A stretch of DNA of 64,000 bases, taken from the sequence record PP777464.1. One strand, given 5' to 3'. Below are positions 26,183 to 35,900 of the stretch, piece after piece. Position numbers and translations under genes: made by a program. Numbering within the stretch: the first letter of the stretch is position 1; each line of letters begins with the position of its first letter. The notes below the pieces were generated by a model. The model did not search any database. It was not told the DNA's origin and saw nothing but the letters and a program-made list of their open reading frames with translations.

Positions 26183-26397
26183 CAATCATAAATGGACTGT
26201 TTTCGAAGTTATTTGCCATTAACACATCAAAACTTCCAGATACTGATAAAATTATTAAGTTAAATGAAATCTACGTTCAAGCTACTCTAGGAACAAACTA
26301 TCAAGAAGCCAATGTGTATAATTACATTAATACACTCAAAAGGGTAATAAAATTAAAATGCACAGACAGCACAAACAGCCAATACACAAACCCCTAG
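26146..26397 (+). CDS. paralog family A protein
   Basis: TLGTNYQE. Confidence 0.85.
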   Translation: MQMRIITDEEYLTIINGLFSKLFAINTSKLPDTDKIIKLNEIYVQATLGTNYQEANVYNYINTLKRVIKLKCTDSTNSQYTNP

Positions 26398-26597
26398 GAA
26401 CAGCAGAATACATTGAACTAATGGCTGCAAACTTCTCATCCTTTAAGAAACTGATGCAAGAATCAAATAATGATTTAGAATATCATATCAAAAGTTCAGA
26501 TTTAAGATTACTACTCACTCTAGGAACAGACAGTCAGTACAAATTCGTACAGGAGCATATTAGAGCACTTTTAAATGGCATCAGGGATAAACTATGA
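26358..26597 (+). CDS. paralog family A protein
   Basis: TLGTDSQY. Confidence 0.8.
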   Translation: MHRQHKQPIHKPLGTAEYIELMAANFSSFKKLMQESNNDLEYHIKSSDLRLLLTLGTDSQYKFVQEHIRALLNGIRDKL

Positions 26598-26809
26598 AGG
26601 AAATATCAAATCAAGAGTACTTGGCACTATTCAGGAAGAATAATCACAAATATATGGCACTTGATTCAAGAACTGATATAAGTGAACTTCAGAAAAATCT
26701 TTTGCGTTCAGAGATGATAGTACTGACACTCTTAGGAACACAGCATCAAGAGAGAACTGTTAATTCACACATAGAGATTCTTATGCAGATAGTACAGGAA
26801 AAGATATGA
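26594..26809 (+). CDS. paralog family A protein
   Basis: LLGTQHQE. Confidence 0.85.
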   Translation: MKEISNQEYLALFRKNNHKYMALDSRTDISELQKNLLRSEMIVLTLLGTQHQERTVNSHIEILMQIVQEKI

Positions 26810-27027
26810 GAATCATAACACAACAAGATATGCTTAAGTTCGCAAGGGTTCATGCATCTGAATTTGATGCTATATTATCAAAAAGTTACAACAACCCTTA
26901 TACACAAGATGTACATTACAGTGAATTATGGATGTATATACTTTTAGGTACAGATCATCAAGAGCAAGCAGTACAGAAGTATTTGAGAGCTTTACGTGAT
27001 GCTACAGCTAATGGAGTACATGTTTAA
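26806..27027 (+). CDS. paralog family A protein
   Basis: LLGTDHQE. Confidence 0.85.
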   Translation: MRIITQQDMLKFARVHASEFDAILSKSYNNPYTQDVHYSELWMYILLGTDHQEQAVQKYLRALRDATANGVHV

Positions 27028-27028
27028 T

Positions 27029-27280
27029 ATGAAAGTACTGACAGAACTAGAAATGTATCATAGATTTAATAAGTACTATCATTTACTTAAGCCTATACAG
27101 AGAATTAAATGTCCATTTGAAGAGAAACAGGTTTTAATCTATGAGCACAAGTTCTTTGTATCATTAGGTACAGATCAACAAGAGTACTATTTGACGTTGT
27201 ACTTGATTACATTAATAGATTTCATTCACTATAAAACCACACAATCTAAACAAGCTAATAAAGAGAAATATGAAAACTAA
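27029..27280 (+). CDS. paralog family A protein
   Basis: SLGTDQQE; start moved to MKVLT. Confidence 0.8.
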   Translation: MKVLTELEMYHRFNKYYHLLKPIQRIKCPFEEKQVLIYEHKFFVSLGTDQQEYYLTLYLITLIDFIHYKTTQSKQANKEKYEN

Positions 27281-27608
27281 TATAAAACTCAAGGTATATA
27301 AATCATTTGCAAGTACATACATCAAATGCCATACATGTAACTCTGTAATGGACTACAAAGGTAAGCCATTTGCACTTACTTATGATAATACAAGAGGTTT
27401 TTATATATCTTTTGCTGATTACAAATATAACATATACGAACACATTGACATTGAAGATTTAAGTACTTTATCTGAAGAGGAATACTTTCAAGAATCATTA
27501 GTATGGGATTTGGAGTTTCCTATGCCATTAGTACATAAGATGATAGTACTAATAAAAGAAACTAAACCTGTACCTAATGGTTATGAAGAACACATTATTG
27601 AGTATTAA
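27270..27608 (+). CDS. paralog family B (EEExFQxSLV) protein
   Basis: LSEEEYFQESLVWD. Confidence 0.85.
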   Translation: MKTNIKLKVYKSFASTYIKCHTCNSVMDYKGKPFALTYDNTRGFYISFADYKYNIYEHIDIEDLSTLSEEEYFQESLVWDLEFPMPLVHKMIVLIKETKPVPNGYEEHIIEY

Positions 27609-27622
27609 TATATAAGGTAACT

Positions 27623-27964
27623 ATGAAAACTAATATACAACTCAATGTATACAGTTCAGAAGAACATACATATATCAAATGCAGTCTATGTAAAGATGTA
27701 ATGGACTACAAGGGTAAGCCATTCACAATTACTTATGATTCTTATGTTAATGATTTATATATATCATTTCTTAATTACGAAAAGAAAATATACAAGCACG
27801 TTGATATTAAAGATTTAAGTACTTTATCTGAAGAAGAATACTTTCAAGAATCATTAGTATGGGATTTAGAATTTCCTATGCCATTAGTACATAAAATGGT
27901 AGTCCTAATGAAAGAAACTAAACCGGAGTTTAATGGTTATGAAGAACACATCGTTGAGTACTAA
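27623..27964 (+). CDS. paralog family B protein
   Basis: LSEEEYFQESLVWD; recent duplicate of 27270. Confidence 0.85.
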   Translation: MKTNIQLNVYSSEEHTYIKCSLCKDVMDYKGKPFTITYDSYVNDLYISFLNYEKKIYKHVDIKDLSTLSEEEYFQESLVWDLEFPMPLVHKMVVLMKETKPEFNGYEEHIVEY

Positions 27965-27967
27965 ACA

Positions 27968-28192
27968 ATGAAAATATTATCATACAAAGATTACCGCAAG
28001 CTTCGCGGTATTTTGCGACCAGAAATTCAAAGAATTAATTCTCTTCCTATATCTAATGCAGAATGTTCAGTACTGAAAGATGAGTTAATATTAAAACACA
28101 CAGTAGGAACTAACTATCAAGCTGATAGTGTTCGATATCTAATTTGGGGATTAATATGCATAGTAAAGGAAAAACAAGCTCAAGTACTGTGA
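27968..28192 (+). CDS. paralog family A protein (dispersed)
   Basis: TVGTNYQA. Confidence 0.8.
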   Translation: MKILSYKDYRKLRGILRPEIQRINSLPISNAECSVLKDELILKHTVGTNYQADSVRYLIWGLICIVKEKQAQVL

Positions 28193-28518
28193 CAATCGAA
28201 GTGAATTCTATTAATGCTGGTAATGCAGTAGATAAGTTCTTTATTGCTCAAGGGTACAGGAAAGATATTCATCAATATTGTTCAGTATATGGGGAGTACA
28301 ATAGTACTGAAGATATAATTTATTGGTCAACACATCAAGATTATCTAACTAAAATTGGCATTCCAGATGTTAGTACTTTATCTGAAGAAGAATACTTTCA
28401 GTACAGCTTAGTACATGATTTACCTATACCTTTAGGGTTAATCAAGGGTATACAGGAAGAGGTTCATAAGCTTAAATCCATGAGTAAAGGTACTTTCATT
28501 AGAACAGTGCAATACTAG
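28144..28518 (+). CDS. paralog family B protein
   Basis: LSEEEYFQYSLVHD; true start may be GTG ~28189. Confidence 0.8.
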   Translation: MGINMHSKGKTSSSTVTIEVNSINAGNAVDKFFIAQGYRKDIHQYCSVYGEYNSTEDIIYWSTHQDYLTKIGIPDVSTLSEEEYFQYSLVHDLPIPLGLIKGIQEEVHKLKSMSKGTFIRTVQY

Positions 28519-28519
28519 C

Positions 28520-28548
28520 TTGACAGTACTTTTCATTACTGATATAGT
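28520..28548 (+). promoter_or_regulatory. sigma70-type promoter
   Basis: TTGACA-17-TATAGT with AGTACT next to -35. Confidence 0.65.
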
Positions 28549-28577
28549 ACCTGTACGTTAATCATGGGGTAAAAATT

Positions 28578-28823
28578 ATGTTGAATTTTTTAAATTTCCT
28601 TATCGTCTTGTGTATTGTTCTTGGGATTGCACCATTTGTATTGTATTTCATGGATTCAGATGAAATGCAGAAGATGAATTGTACAAGGACAGGACAGAGT
28701 AGAGTAGAGACGATTCTTATGCCTGTTACGGTTATTGTTAACAACATGCCCATTACCAACATGGTCCCTACCCTAACGACAACGTACCAGTACTCTTGTA
28801 CAGACGGAGAGAGGTGGAGATAA
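28578..28823 (+). CDS. small membrane-anchored protein
   Basis: N-terminal hydrophobic helix; two C-terminal-domain Cys. Confidence 0.75.
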   Translation: MLNFLNFLIVLCIVLGIAPFVLYFMDSDEMQKMNCTRTGQSRVETILMPVTVIVNNMPITNMVPTLTTTYQYSCTDGERWR

Positions 28824-29146
28824 TGCGTAAGTTCAATTGTATTGTACGTAAGAATTCATGTTACATTGTAGTAGCTGATTTTAATACAGGTTCTGGATTG
28901 AAGATATTTGAGTACAGAAAATGCAATAATTCTTTTCATTGGAAATTGGGTGCAAGAAAAGCAAAAACAATTTCAGTACCGAATTTATGTTCTATCTCTG
29001 AAGAAGAAGAGTTTCAGTACTTGTTAGTACATGATGATTCTTTAGGATTTACATTAGAAGATATGAAGAAAGTACAACAGCAGATGATTGCACATTGTCA
29101 TCTTCCAAAGAATTTTGTTCAACACGTATGTGAATTCCACATATAA
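28823..29146 (+). CDS. paralog family B protein
   Basis: ISEEEEFQYLLVHD. Confidence 0.8.
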   Translation: MRKFNCIVRKNSCYIVVADFNTGSGLKIFEYRKCNNSFHWKLGARKAKTISVPNLCSISEEEEFQYLLVHDDSLGFTLEDMKKVQQQMIAHCHLPKNFVQHVCEFHI

Positions 29147-29155
29147 GAGAAGAAT

Positions 29156-29467
29156 ATGAAATTTAATATAGCAAAAACATCGAGTATATGTATTTTTGGT
29201 TATGCAGAAGAGTTAGGTGATATTGACATTCTTTTGTACAAAAAGGATGGTGTTATGCATTTCAAGTACCAGGATGAAGAGGCAGACAATTATCTTTTAC
29301 CTAATTTAGTACACATGCAGGAAGAGGAATTATTCCAGTACAGCTTAATATACGACATTGATATTTGCACGATGCCAGTATTAATTAGTATTCAAAAAGT
29401 GATGCTAGATATGTATGATAAGCTAATACAAGGTATGTCAGGGAGGATCATTGAAATTGACATATAA
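29156..29467 (+). CDS. paralog family B protein
   Basis: MQEEELFQYSLIYD. Confidence 0.8.
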   Translation: MKFNIAKTSSICIFGYAEELGDIDILLYKKDGVMHFKYQDEEADNYLLPNLVHMQEEELFQYSLIYDIDICTMPVLISIQKVMLDMYDKLIQGMSGRIIEIDI

Positions 29468-29495
29468 GAATATACCTAAAGGAGATGCAATATAA

Positions 29496-29747
29496 ATGTA
29501 CAAAAAAATAAACCGTTATTTGTATGCATCAAAGTACAGGGATTTTTGTTTACAAGGGGGAGATGACGATTTTGCTCTGAGGTTATCGGAATTTAATATG
29601 TTATTTTATCTTGGTACAAAAGAACAAGAAGATACAGTACAGAAATTTCTCAATCATCTTGTACAAAAAATTAATATGCAAATTTTGATGCTTAAGTTAC
29701 AGAATGAGATAAATGAATATGAATCCAGAAATAGTTCAGGATCTTAA
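29496..29747 (+). CDS. paralog family A protein (dispersed)
   Basis: YLGTKEQE. Confidence 0.75.
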   Translation: MYKKINRYLYASKYRDFCLQGGDDDFALRLSEFNMLFYLGTKEQEDTVQKFLNHLVQKINMQILMLKLQNEINEYESRNSSGS

Positions 29748-30123
29748 AAAAGTAATATTTCTTTTGAATACAAGAAGCTCTTTATATAAGGAGTTCAAGG
29801 ATATTAAAACATCGTGTAATATAGATTTTTTTGAAACCATACATGCGGAGTTTCGTGATTTAATTGCAGATGCATTGTTTGAATTTTCCGAGAAATATCA
29901 AGGTACAGTCTTCGGTGTTAAGAATGTTCTTCGTCCAAGTACAGGTACAAGGAAGATTGAGTTATCACATTTTACAATTGGTAACAACGATTTATTCAGT
30001 TATAACCCCAGTACATCTTTATATTTTATTCCTGTTTCAGACAAAAATCATCCTATTCATTACGGATGGATTATATCTTATACAATAAATGGAACGGAGT
30101 ATCCTATTAAATGGCACGATTAG
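29713..30123 (+). CDS. hypothetical protein
   Basis: 136 aa ORF in operon. Confidence 0.75.
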   Translation: MNMNPEIVQDLKKVIFLLNTRSSLYKEFKDIKTSCNIDFFETIHAEFRDLIADALFEFSEKYQGTVFGVKNVLRPSTGTRKIELSHFTIGNNDLFSYNPSTSLYFIPVSDKNHPIHYGWIISYTINGTEYPIKWHD

Positions 30124-30262
30124 GGTGTGAAGATTATAATATGAATATATTATTAAGAAATATTAATGCAGATTATTGTGTATGGGTTAAGAATAGAGAT
30201 ATGATGTATTATGATTTTTATTTAGATTGTGCCATTAAGCGTTTTTTAAGAGAAGAACATTA

Positions 30263-30445
30263 ATGAAAACCGTTAATACAAAAGCAATAAATGATTTAAA
30301 TGATTCTTTATTAGTAAGTATCAAGATGTATTACAATATACATTTAAAGGGTGGTATAGATAATTACAATTATTATCTTTCATTAGTTACAATAGAACAT
30401 TTAAATTATATAGATCAGTTATTACATCCAAATCCACCAAATTAA
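30263..30445 (+). CDS. small hypothetical protein
   Basis: ORF in operon. Confidence 0.6.
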   Translation: MKTVNTKAINDLNDSLLVSIKMYYNIHLKGGIDNYNYYLSLVTIEHLNYIDQLLHPNPPN

Positions 30446-30456
30446 GGAATACCAAT

Positions 30457-31017
30457 ATGAATGATATTGAGTTATTGGTACATAAGATTTGCACAATATC
30501 GTTAGTGCTGGACAATGCGAATACAGTACAGAGTTCCCTTTTAAGAATTAATAAAGTTGGGAGTAGTTTATATTTGGAAGTAAAAGCTGGTTTTGCAGGA
30601 CAGTACAATGATAAAATCAAAGAAGAAGTTAAGGGAAATGAAGATGCTTTCATTGAGGTTTGTGCAACAGTTGGTTCAAATCCAATTTCAGTATCACCTT
30701 TAATGCGAAATGAAAATTCAGAATTTGATTCCAGTTTTGAAGGTTATTTGTGGTACAATTATGGTGATGATTATTTTATATATCAGAATTCCAAAACGGA
30801 TTATAGTGAAGAAGGTATAAAATTCATTGATCCTTACAATGAAGCAGAAGTATTTCAGACATCCCTAATATACAATACAAATCAAATGAAGTATCTTATG
30901 TTGTTTAGTACAATGCATTTGAATCCATTGAAAGATAATTTAAAATTTTTCATTCGTTTAGAATTAGTTGATATTGCTTATGATCTTTTAATGCAAGGAT
31001 ATAGTTATGAAGTATAA
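30457..31017 (+). CDS. paralog family B protein
   Basis: NEAEVFQTSLIYN; pair with 31094. Confidence 0.8.
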   Translation: MNDIELLVHKICTISLVLDNANTVQSSLLRINKVGSSLYLEVKAGFAGQYNDKIKEEVKGNEDAFIEVCATVGSNPISVSPLMRNENSEFDSSFEGYLWYNYGDDYFIYQNSKTDYSEEGIKFIDPYNEAEVFQTSLIYNTNQMKYLMLFSTMHLNPLKDNLKFFIRLELVDIAYDLLMQGYSYEV

Positions 31018-31087
31018 AATGCTTTATACAAAAGATATGATTTATGTTGAATTAGAAGACAATGACGATGTATCCATCAATAGGTAA
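31007..31087 (+). pseudogene. truncated remnant of a 31590-type family B gene
   Basis: MKYKMLYTKDMIYVELEDNDDVSINR* matches the N-termini of 31590 and 31922 but stops after 26 codons. Confidence 0.7.
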
Positions 31088-31093
31088 TAATAT

Positions 31094-31600
31094 ATGAATG
31101 AGATAGAATTATTAGCACACAAGATTAGTACAGTAATGCTTATGCTCAAGAATAATCATTCTATGCATAAGTACATTTTTATAGGTGATTTACGCATAGA
31201 AGATAGATATGATAAATTATCGTTTATGTTTAAAGATGAAAGTAATGCAAAAGTTTGTTTTGCAGCATTTGCCCAAGGCAATCCAGAACAAGCATCTCCT
31301 GTTATATATGAAAATAGTGAAGGGTATTTGTGGGTCAACACAAACGATTATTTCTTTTATGTTTTGAAACAAGATGATGAAGTAGAAGCACGAATTGATT
31401 TAATTGATATTAGTACAGATTGTAGTGCTGAATTATTTCAGAAATCGTTATTATACAGTCCTCGTCAAATACATTATCTAAAGTTATTCAGTTCATTGTA
31501 CGCGAATCCTTTAATTAAGGGTTTTAAATTTTATATCAAAATTCCGCACCTTTCAAACGTTTATGATTTATTAATGCAAGGATATAGTTATGAAGTATAA
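31094..31600 (+). CDS. paralog family B protein
   Basis: CSAELFQKSLLYS; same C-terminus YDLLMQGYSYEV as 30457. Confidence 0.8.
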   Translation: MNEIELLAHKISTVMLMLKNNHSMHKYIFIGDLRIEDRYDKLSFMFKDESNAKVCFAAFAQGNPEQASPVIYENSEGYLWVNTNDYFFYVLKQDDEVEARIDLIDISTDCSAELFQKSLLYSPRQIHYLKLFSSLYANPLIKGFKFYIKIPHLSNVYDLLMQGYSYEV

Positions 31601-31901
31601 AATGCTGTATACATTAACATTAATATATGTAGAATTAGAATCCGATTCAGATGCATGGAATTTGGTTAAAGAGGTCGATACCAATCAATGGTACATGGCA
31701 AATTTAGACGCACATGTTGTTACGGATTATTTTATAGATTTTAATACATTATCTGAAGAAGAATTTTTCCAAATGCAATTGGTGGTTGACATGTACGGAC
31801 ATGACATGGTAACATTAAGAAATATACAGAAAGTCGTTAATGAATTCCAAAGCAAGAAAGATTATGAAGTAGGAGCGTATTATGACATCGACGTACAGTG
31901 A
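31590..31901 (+). CDS. paralog family B protein
   Basis: LSEEEFFQMQLVVD. Confidence 0.8.
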   Translation: MKYKMLYTLTLIYVELESDSDAWNLVKEVDTNQWYMANLDAHVVTDYFIDFNTLSEEEFFQMQLVVDMYGHDMVTLRNIQKVVNEFQSKKDYEVGAYYDIDVQ

Positions 31902-31921
31902 AAGCAATGAGTACAATAGTT

Positions 31922-32248
31922 ATGAAGTATAAAATGCTTTATACATTATCAGGGATATATGTAGAATTAGAACCCGATTATCCAGATGGATGGAATTTTA
32001 TTAAACGCTCCGAAAGAAATACATGGCACATGGCACATTTGGATAATGACGTAATATTAGACAATTTTGTGGATTTTAATACATTATCAGAAGAAGAATT
32101 CTTCCAAATGCAATGTGTGCTTGACACAAAAGGATTTGATGTGCTATTATTAAGGAATATACAGAAAGCTGTTAACGAATTAATATCCAATGACGAGTTA
32201 GGCAAAGTGAGGCTGTTCCATGATCTCGAAGTACCGTACCAGCAATGA
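31922..32248 (+). CDS. paralog family B protein
   Basis: LSEEEFFQMQCVLD. Confidence 0.8.
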   Translation: MKYKMLYTLSGIYVELEPDYPDGWNFIKRSERNTWHMAHLDNDVILDNFVDFNTLSEEEFFQMQCVLDTKGFDVLLLRNIQKAVNELISNDELGKVRLFHDLEVPYQQ

Positions 32249-32789
32249 AATTCAGTACACCTACGCTAATGCAATCCTAATGGGACAAAAGTTAGCTTGT
32301 ATTGTTGCAGCCTTATATAATGTACAGAAAGCAGCACATAATAAAAAACCATATACAAGAATCATTAACGCATTCATGGGGTTTAAACCATCTGATTTTG
32401 ATTCACATATTGCGTGCACAAGTTATTTTGACAAACGATTCAATACACCTGATACCCCAAATGCCCGTAGTGTTATTAGTCTTTTACAGTTTAATCCAAC
32501 ACCAGTTATATCAAAGAATGATTTGGATTACACATGGTACAATTCAAATCAAGATTCATTTTATTCTAATGATCAATCGATTGAATATAATAAAATTAAA
32601 TCAGAGGAAGCATTTTTTCAGGAATCATTATTTACACATGAACGTTCTTTGTTTTATAGTGTTATGTTGAGTACAGTATACAATAGTCCATTACACAAGA
32701 ATAACAAAATTAATTTCAGTTTTTGTGCTTATGCGATTGATGGTGTTTATGAGTGCTTAATGGAGGTATTGAGTTATGAAGCTGAATAA
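32220..32789 (+). CDS. paralog family B protein
   Basis: SEEAFFQESLFTH. Confidence 0.8.
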   Translation: MISKYRTSNEIQYTYANAILMGQKLACIVAALYNVQKAAHNKKPYTRIINAFMGFKPSDFDSHIACTSYFDKRFNTPDTPNARSVISLLQFNPTPVISKNDLDYTWYNSNQDSFYSNDQSIEYNKIKSEEAFFQESLFTHERSLFYSVMLSTVYNSPLHKNNKINFSFCAYAIDGVYECLMEVLSYEAE

Positions 32790-33117
32790 TACATTTGATA
32801 TTAATAAGTTAAGAGAATGGTTTAATAATATTGAAATTGACGCCATTCCTTATCATACATATGAACAAAGCGATTTACAAAGTATTGATATCAGAGAGTT
32901 GTACAAATATTATCAGAGTGCATTAGAGATGCATAAGTTATTTTTGAGTACAAATTTCATCCTAAATTACAATTTTGAGGAATTTAATAATTATAATTTA
33001 GTACAGAAATATGTAGTAGCAAAGTACATGTACAATCAAGGTATAAAAGGTTGCATCGAATTCAATACCGTTCTTATTTTAGTTGAGGTAATTTTATGCA
33101 CCGCATGTCTGATTTAG
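32776..33117 (+). CDS. hypothetical protein
   Basis: ORF in operon. Confidence 0.7.
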   Translation: MKLNNTFDINKLREWFNNIEIDAIPYHTYEQSDLQSIDIRELYKYYQSALEMHKLFLSTNFILNYNFEEFNNYNLVQKYVVAKYMYNQGIKGCIEFNTVLILVEVILCTACLI

Positions 33118-33593
33118 AGTTCAGTTTAGATGCAGCCTTTAAATTTGTTCACAAAATAGAAACAATATATCGTACATTATGTGCAATAACATCAGTATCA
33201 AAAGAGTTTGATGTTGGTGAAAGGTATCAGGTGTGGAATAATTCATTTTATAATAAAGAACATTCTGCGACGGCATTTTATATTTTAGCATTTAATCCCA
33301 GCAATTGTTACCCAGAGAAGCATGAACGTTATCCAAATGACGACATGTGGTTTGAGTACAAAGAAGATGCTGATATGTCGTCAATTGTAGTTCCTGATGA
33401 TTTTAATGCACAAGATTTAACAGAAGAGTGGTGGTTCCAGCAGAATTTAGTACATGATGATATTGATTTATTTTTCTATATTGCATTTAAAATGCTTTAT
33501 CACAACAATATAGTTAAAGAAAGTTTATCGTTTTCATGTCTATATATTGATGATTTGTACAATGAAATTCAAATAAACATGCCTGTATCGTAA
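33096..33593 (+). CDS. paralog family B protein
   Basis: LTEEWWFQQNLVHD. Confidence 0.8.
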   Translation: MHRMSDLEFSLDAAFKFVHKIETIYRTLCAITSVSKEFDVGERYQVWNNSFYNKEHSATAFYILAFNPSNCYPEKHERYPNDDMWFEYKEDADMSSIVVPDDFNAQDLTEEWWFQQNLVHDDIDLFFYIAFKMLYHNNIVKESLSFSCLYIDDLYNEIQINMPVS

Positions 33594-33609
33594 GATATGG
33601 GCTTTTTTT
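33581..33609 (+). terminator. intrinsic terminator
   Basis: GCCTGTATC-gtaa-GATATGGGC + T7. Confidence 0.7.
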
Positions 33610-33611
33610 GT

Positions 33612-33640
33612 TTGACACAAGTACAAATGCATGGTACAAT
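33612..33640 (+). promoter_or_regulatory. sigma70-type promoter
   Basis: TTGACA-17-TACAAT; spacer carries AGTACA instead of AGTACT. Confidence 0.7.
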
Positions 33641-33667
33641 GTGTAATCATTTTTTAAGGAGATACCT

Positions 33668-34216
33668 ATGGAAAATTTTAAAATACCAGATGATTTCAAT
33701 TCAGTACAAGAGATGGTACACAAGGTTCATTATATTTTTCATGAATTAATTATTGCCAATTCATCCGGTATGCAAATTGAGTTAAAGGATATTGATAGAG
33801 AAGAAGTATTTCTGGCTTCCCCAAATTCAATCATTCCTTTTTATGGACAAGATCGTTTATGGTTCATGAGAGATACCCCAATTGACAAATACAAAATACA
33901 AACAAAATCAGAGTTTTATTCTATTTTTGAATATCTTAATATTACATTACAAACACAAGATATAAATGCAATAAGTGCCATGAGTGCTGAGGAATATTTT
34001 CAGTACAGTACATTGCATAGTCCAGAAGAAATCTTTGTTGTTATGCTCGTTGCAAAATTGAGTACAGTTGATTTTGGGACGTACCCAAATAAATCATTCA
34101 AGATTATTATTCCTGCATTCGTCGATCTTTATGATTTCATTGTGCACAAGAAAGAAAGTACAGTGTACGATATGTATCGTTCAAATATCAGTATGATTAC
34201 AGGGGAATTAAAATGA
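33668..34216 (+). CDS. paralog family B protein
   Basis: MSAEEYFQYSTLHS. Confidence 0.8.
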   Translation: MENFKIPDDFNSVQEMVHKVHYIFHELIIANSSGMQIELKDIDREEVFLASPNSIIPFYGQDRLWFMRDTPIDKYKIQTKSEFYSIFEYLNITLQTQDINAISAMSAEEYFQYSTLHSPEEIFVVMLVAKLSTVDFGTYPNKSFKIIIPAFVDLYDFIVHKKESTVYDMYRSNISMITGELK

Positions 34217-34821
34217 ACATAGATCAATTAATGAAGTACAGTACAAGTGTAATTCCAGTGCTAAGTAAAGCATTAGATGCATTCAATGCTAAGTACCCTG
34301 AAGGTTCAGAGTTAAATATTCCTTTTACCACAGAAGGGATTGTTGATACGTACATTGTAAACATCAGTAGTACAGGTATTGTTTTGAAGCAAAAGTACGG
34401 CGAAAGTGAATATTATGGATTGAAGCTGGATAATATTTCAGGAGAGAAGACACCTTATGAGTTTTGGGTTCCGAATAACATTGAGTCATGGAAAACAAAT
34501 ATTAATAAGAGAGACGAAAGAAATTTACCTCTTGTACAAAATAATGAAAAAAGAATTGACGTATTTTATTATTACAGTACAGCCCAGTTTCCAGAAGAGA
34601 TTTATTTAAATTCAGAGGTTCATGAAGATATTGAATCATTTTTCTTTCAGTTATCATTGGTACAGGATATCATGCCTGTGCAAATGTTCAGGGATGAAAT
34701 AAATTTAGCGAAAGAGATTTCGGATATGTTACCTGAATTTAGTGTTCTTTATGGTAGTAGAGCTTTACCTGAAAATGTTTACAAAGAATTTATTTCCATT
34801 GTTAAAGGGTTGAATATATAA
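34213..34821 (+). CDS. paralog family B protein
   Basis: IESFFFQLSLVQD. Confidence 0.8.
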   Translation: MNIDQLMKYSTSVIPVLSKALDAFNAKYPEGSELNIPFTTEGIVDTYIVNISSTGIVLKQKYGESEYYGLKLDNISGEKTPYEFWVPNNIESWKTNINKRDERNLPLVQNNEKRIDVFYYYSTAQFPEEIYLNSEVHEDIESFFFQLSLVQDIMPVQMFRDEINLAKEISDMLPEFSVLYGSRALPENVYKEFISIVKGLNI

Positions 34822-34822
34822 T

Positions 34823-35017
34823 ATGACCGCCTATGATATCAAACAAAGGCATACGAAGTTTGATTTGTTCACATACCAATTCCACAATGATATAGTGAAT
34901 TTTAACATCAATGCGTCCTTGCATCCTACATCACAAGATGATTTTGACAACAGAGTGCTTAACATCGTGGTGCTTTTGTGTTATAATCATTTCAGTGAAT
35001 ATTTTAACACAAGATAA
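34823..35017 (+). CDS. small hypothetical protein
   Basis: ORF in operon. Confidence 0.6.
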   Translation: MTAYDIKQRHTKFDLFTYQFHNDIVNFNINASLHPTSQDDFDNRVLNIVVLLCYNHFSEYFNTR

Positions 35018-35030
35018 GGTTGAGGCACAC

Positions 35031-35549
35031 ATGTATCAGGCCAAGTACAATACATCATATGCATTTGCACACAACATTTTGAAGATCATCAAAGCGTTAG
35101 AGGGTGGATTGCTTAGTCATAAGTACACCAGAGTAGGTGACAATTGGTTCAGAAATGATGATGAGTTCAGAAGTCATAAGATTGTTTACAGCAATAATTA
35201 CAGTGCCAATTACCTTCAGGATGTTGCTATGTGCTTCGAATACGTGTTACAGTTCAGGGGTTCCATCAGTCCTGATCTAAGAGAACACATGTACATTCGA
35301 TACCTACCAATGCTTAAGGATGAGAAAACAATATTCAATTCAGTACACCACAGAGTACGAGAGAGATCATTCAGGGATATTTTAGAAGATGAAGCTGCCT
35401 ATTTTCAGCAATCATTGATTGATGCTCCTGATGTGTTACAGATGCAGAATTTGTATAATGTATTAGATGCGAACATCGATACGGATATCTTTTTTTCCTT
35501 AAGTGATTATGAAACATTTTTGGAAGATTTAAAGGAAATAGGATTATGA
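35031..35549 (+). CDS. paralog family B protein
   Basis: EDEAAYFQQSLID; start after GAGG RBS. Confidence 0.8.
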   Translation: MYQAKYNTSYAFAHNILKIIKALEGGLLSHKYTRVGDNWFRNDDEFRSHKIVYSNNYSANYLQDVAMCFEYVLQFRGSISPDLREHMYIRYLPMLKDEKTIFNSVHHRVRERSFRDILEDEAAYFQQSLIDAPDVLQMQNLYNVLDANIDTDIFFSLSDYETFLEDLKEIGL

Positions 35550-35890
35550 GTAGATTTTCAGTTTATATAGTAAACGTCAGTAAAGATGGTAGTTTAATTG
35601 AATTTGATGTAGTTGATAACAATGATAATTCATATGGTATTAAGGTACAGGACAATGATGTACAGTTCAGTACAAGGACAAATTTTGAGAATCCAGTCCA
35701 AGTTCCGAATTTCATAGAAGATGAAGCTGCACGATTCCAACACGAAACGGCCTTTGATAATTTAGCGATGCATATTATTATGCAACAAAGTTTAGTTCAA
35801 TTGCTTCAGGTATTCAGACAAAATATATATGTACATGAAGTGTCGATTAATGGCATTCAAAGTTCCGTTTTGTTCGGTACAAATATGTAA
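35546..35890 (+). CDS. paralog family B protein
   Basis: EDEAARFQHETAFD. Confidence 0.75.
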   Translation: MSRFSVYIVNVSKDGSLIEFDVVDNNDNSYGIKVQDNDVQFSTRTNFENPVQVPNFIEDEAARFQHETAFDNLAMHIIMQQSLVQLLQVFRQNIYVHEVSINGIQSSVLFGTNM

Positions 35891-35900
35891 GGAAAGTACA

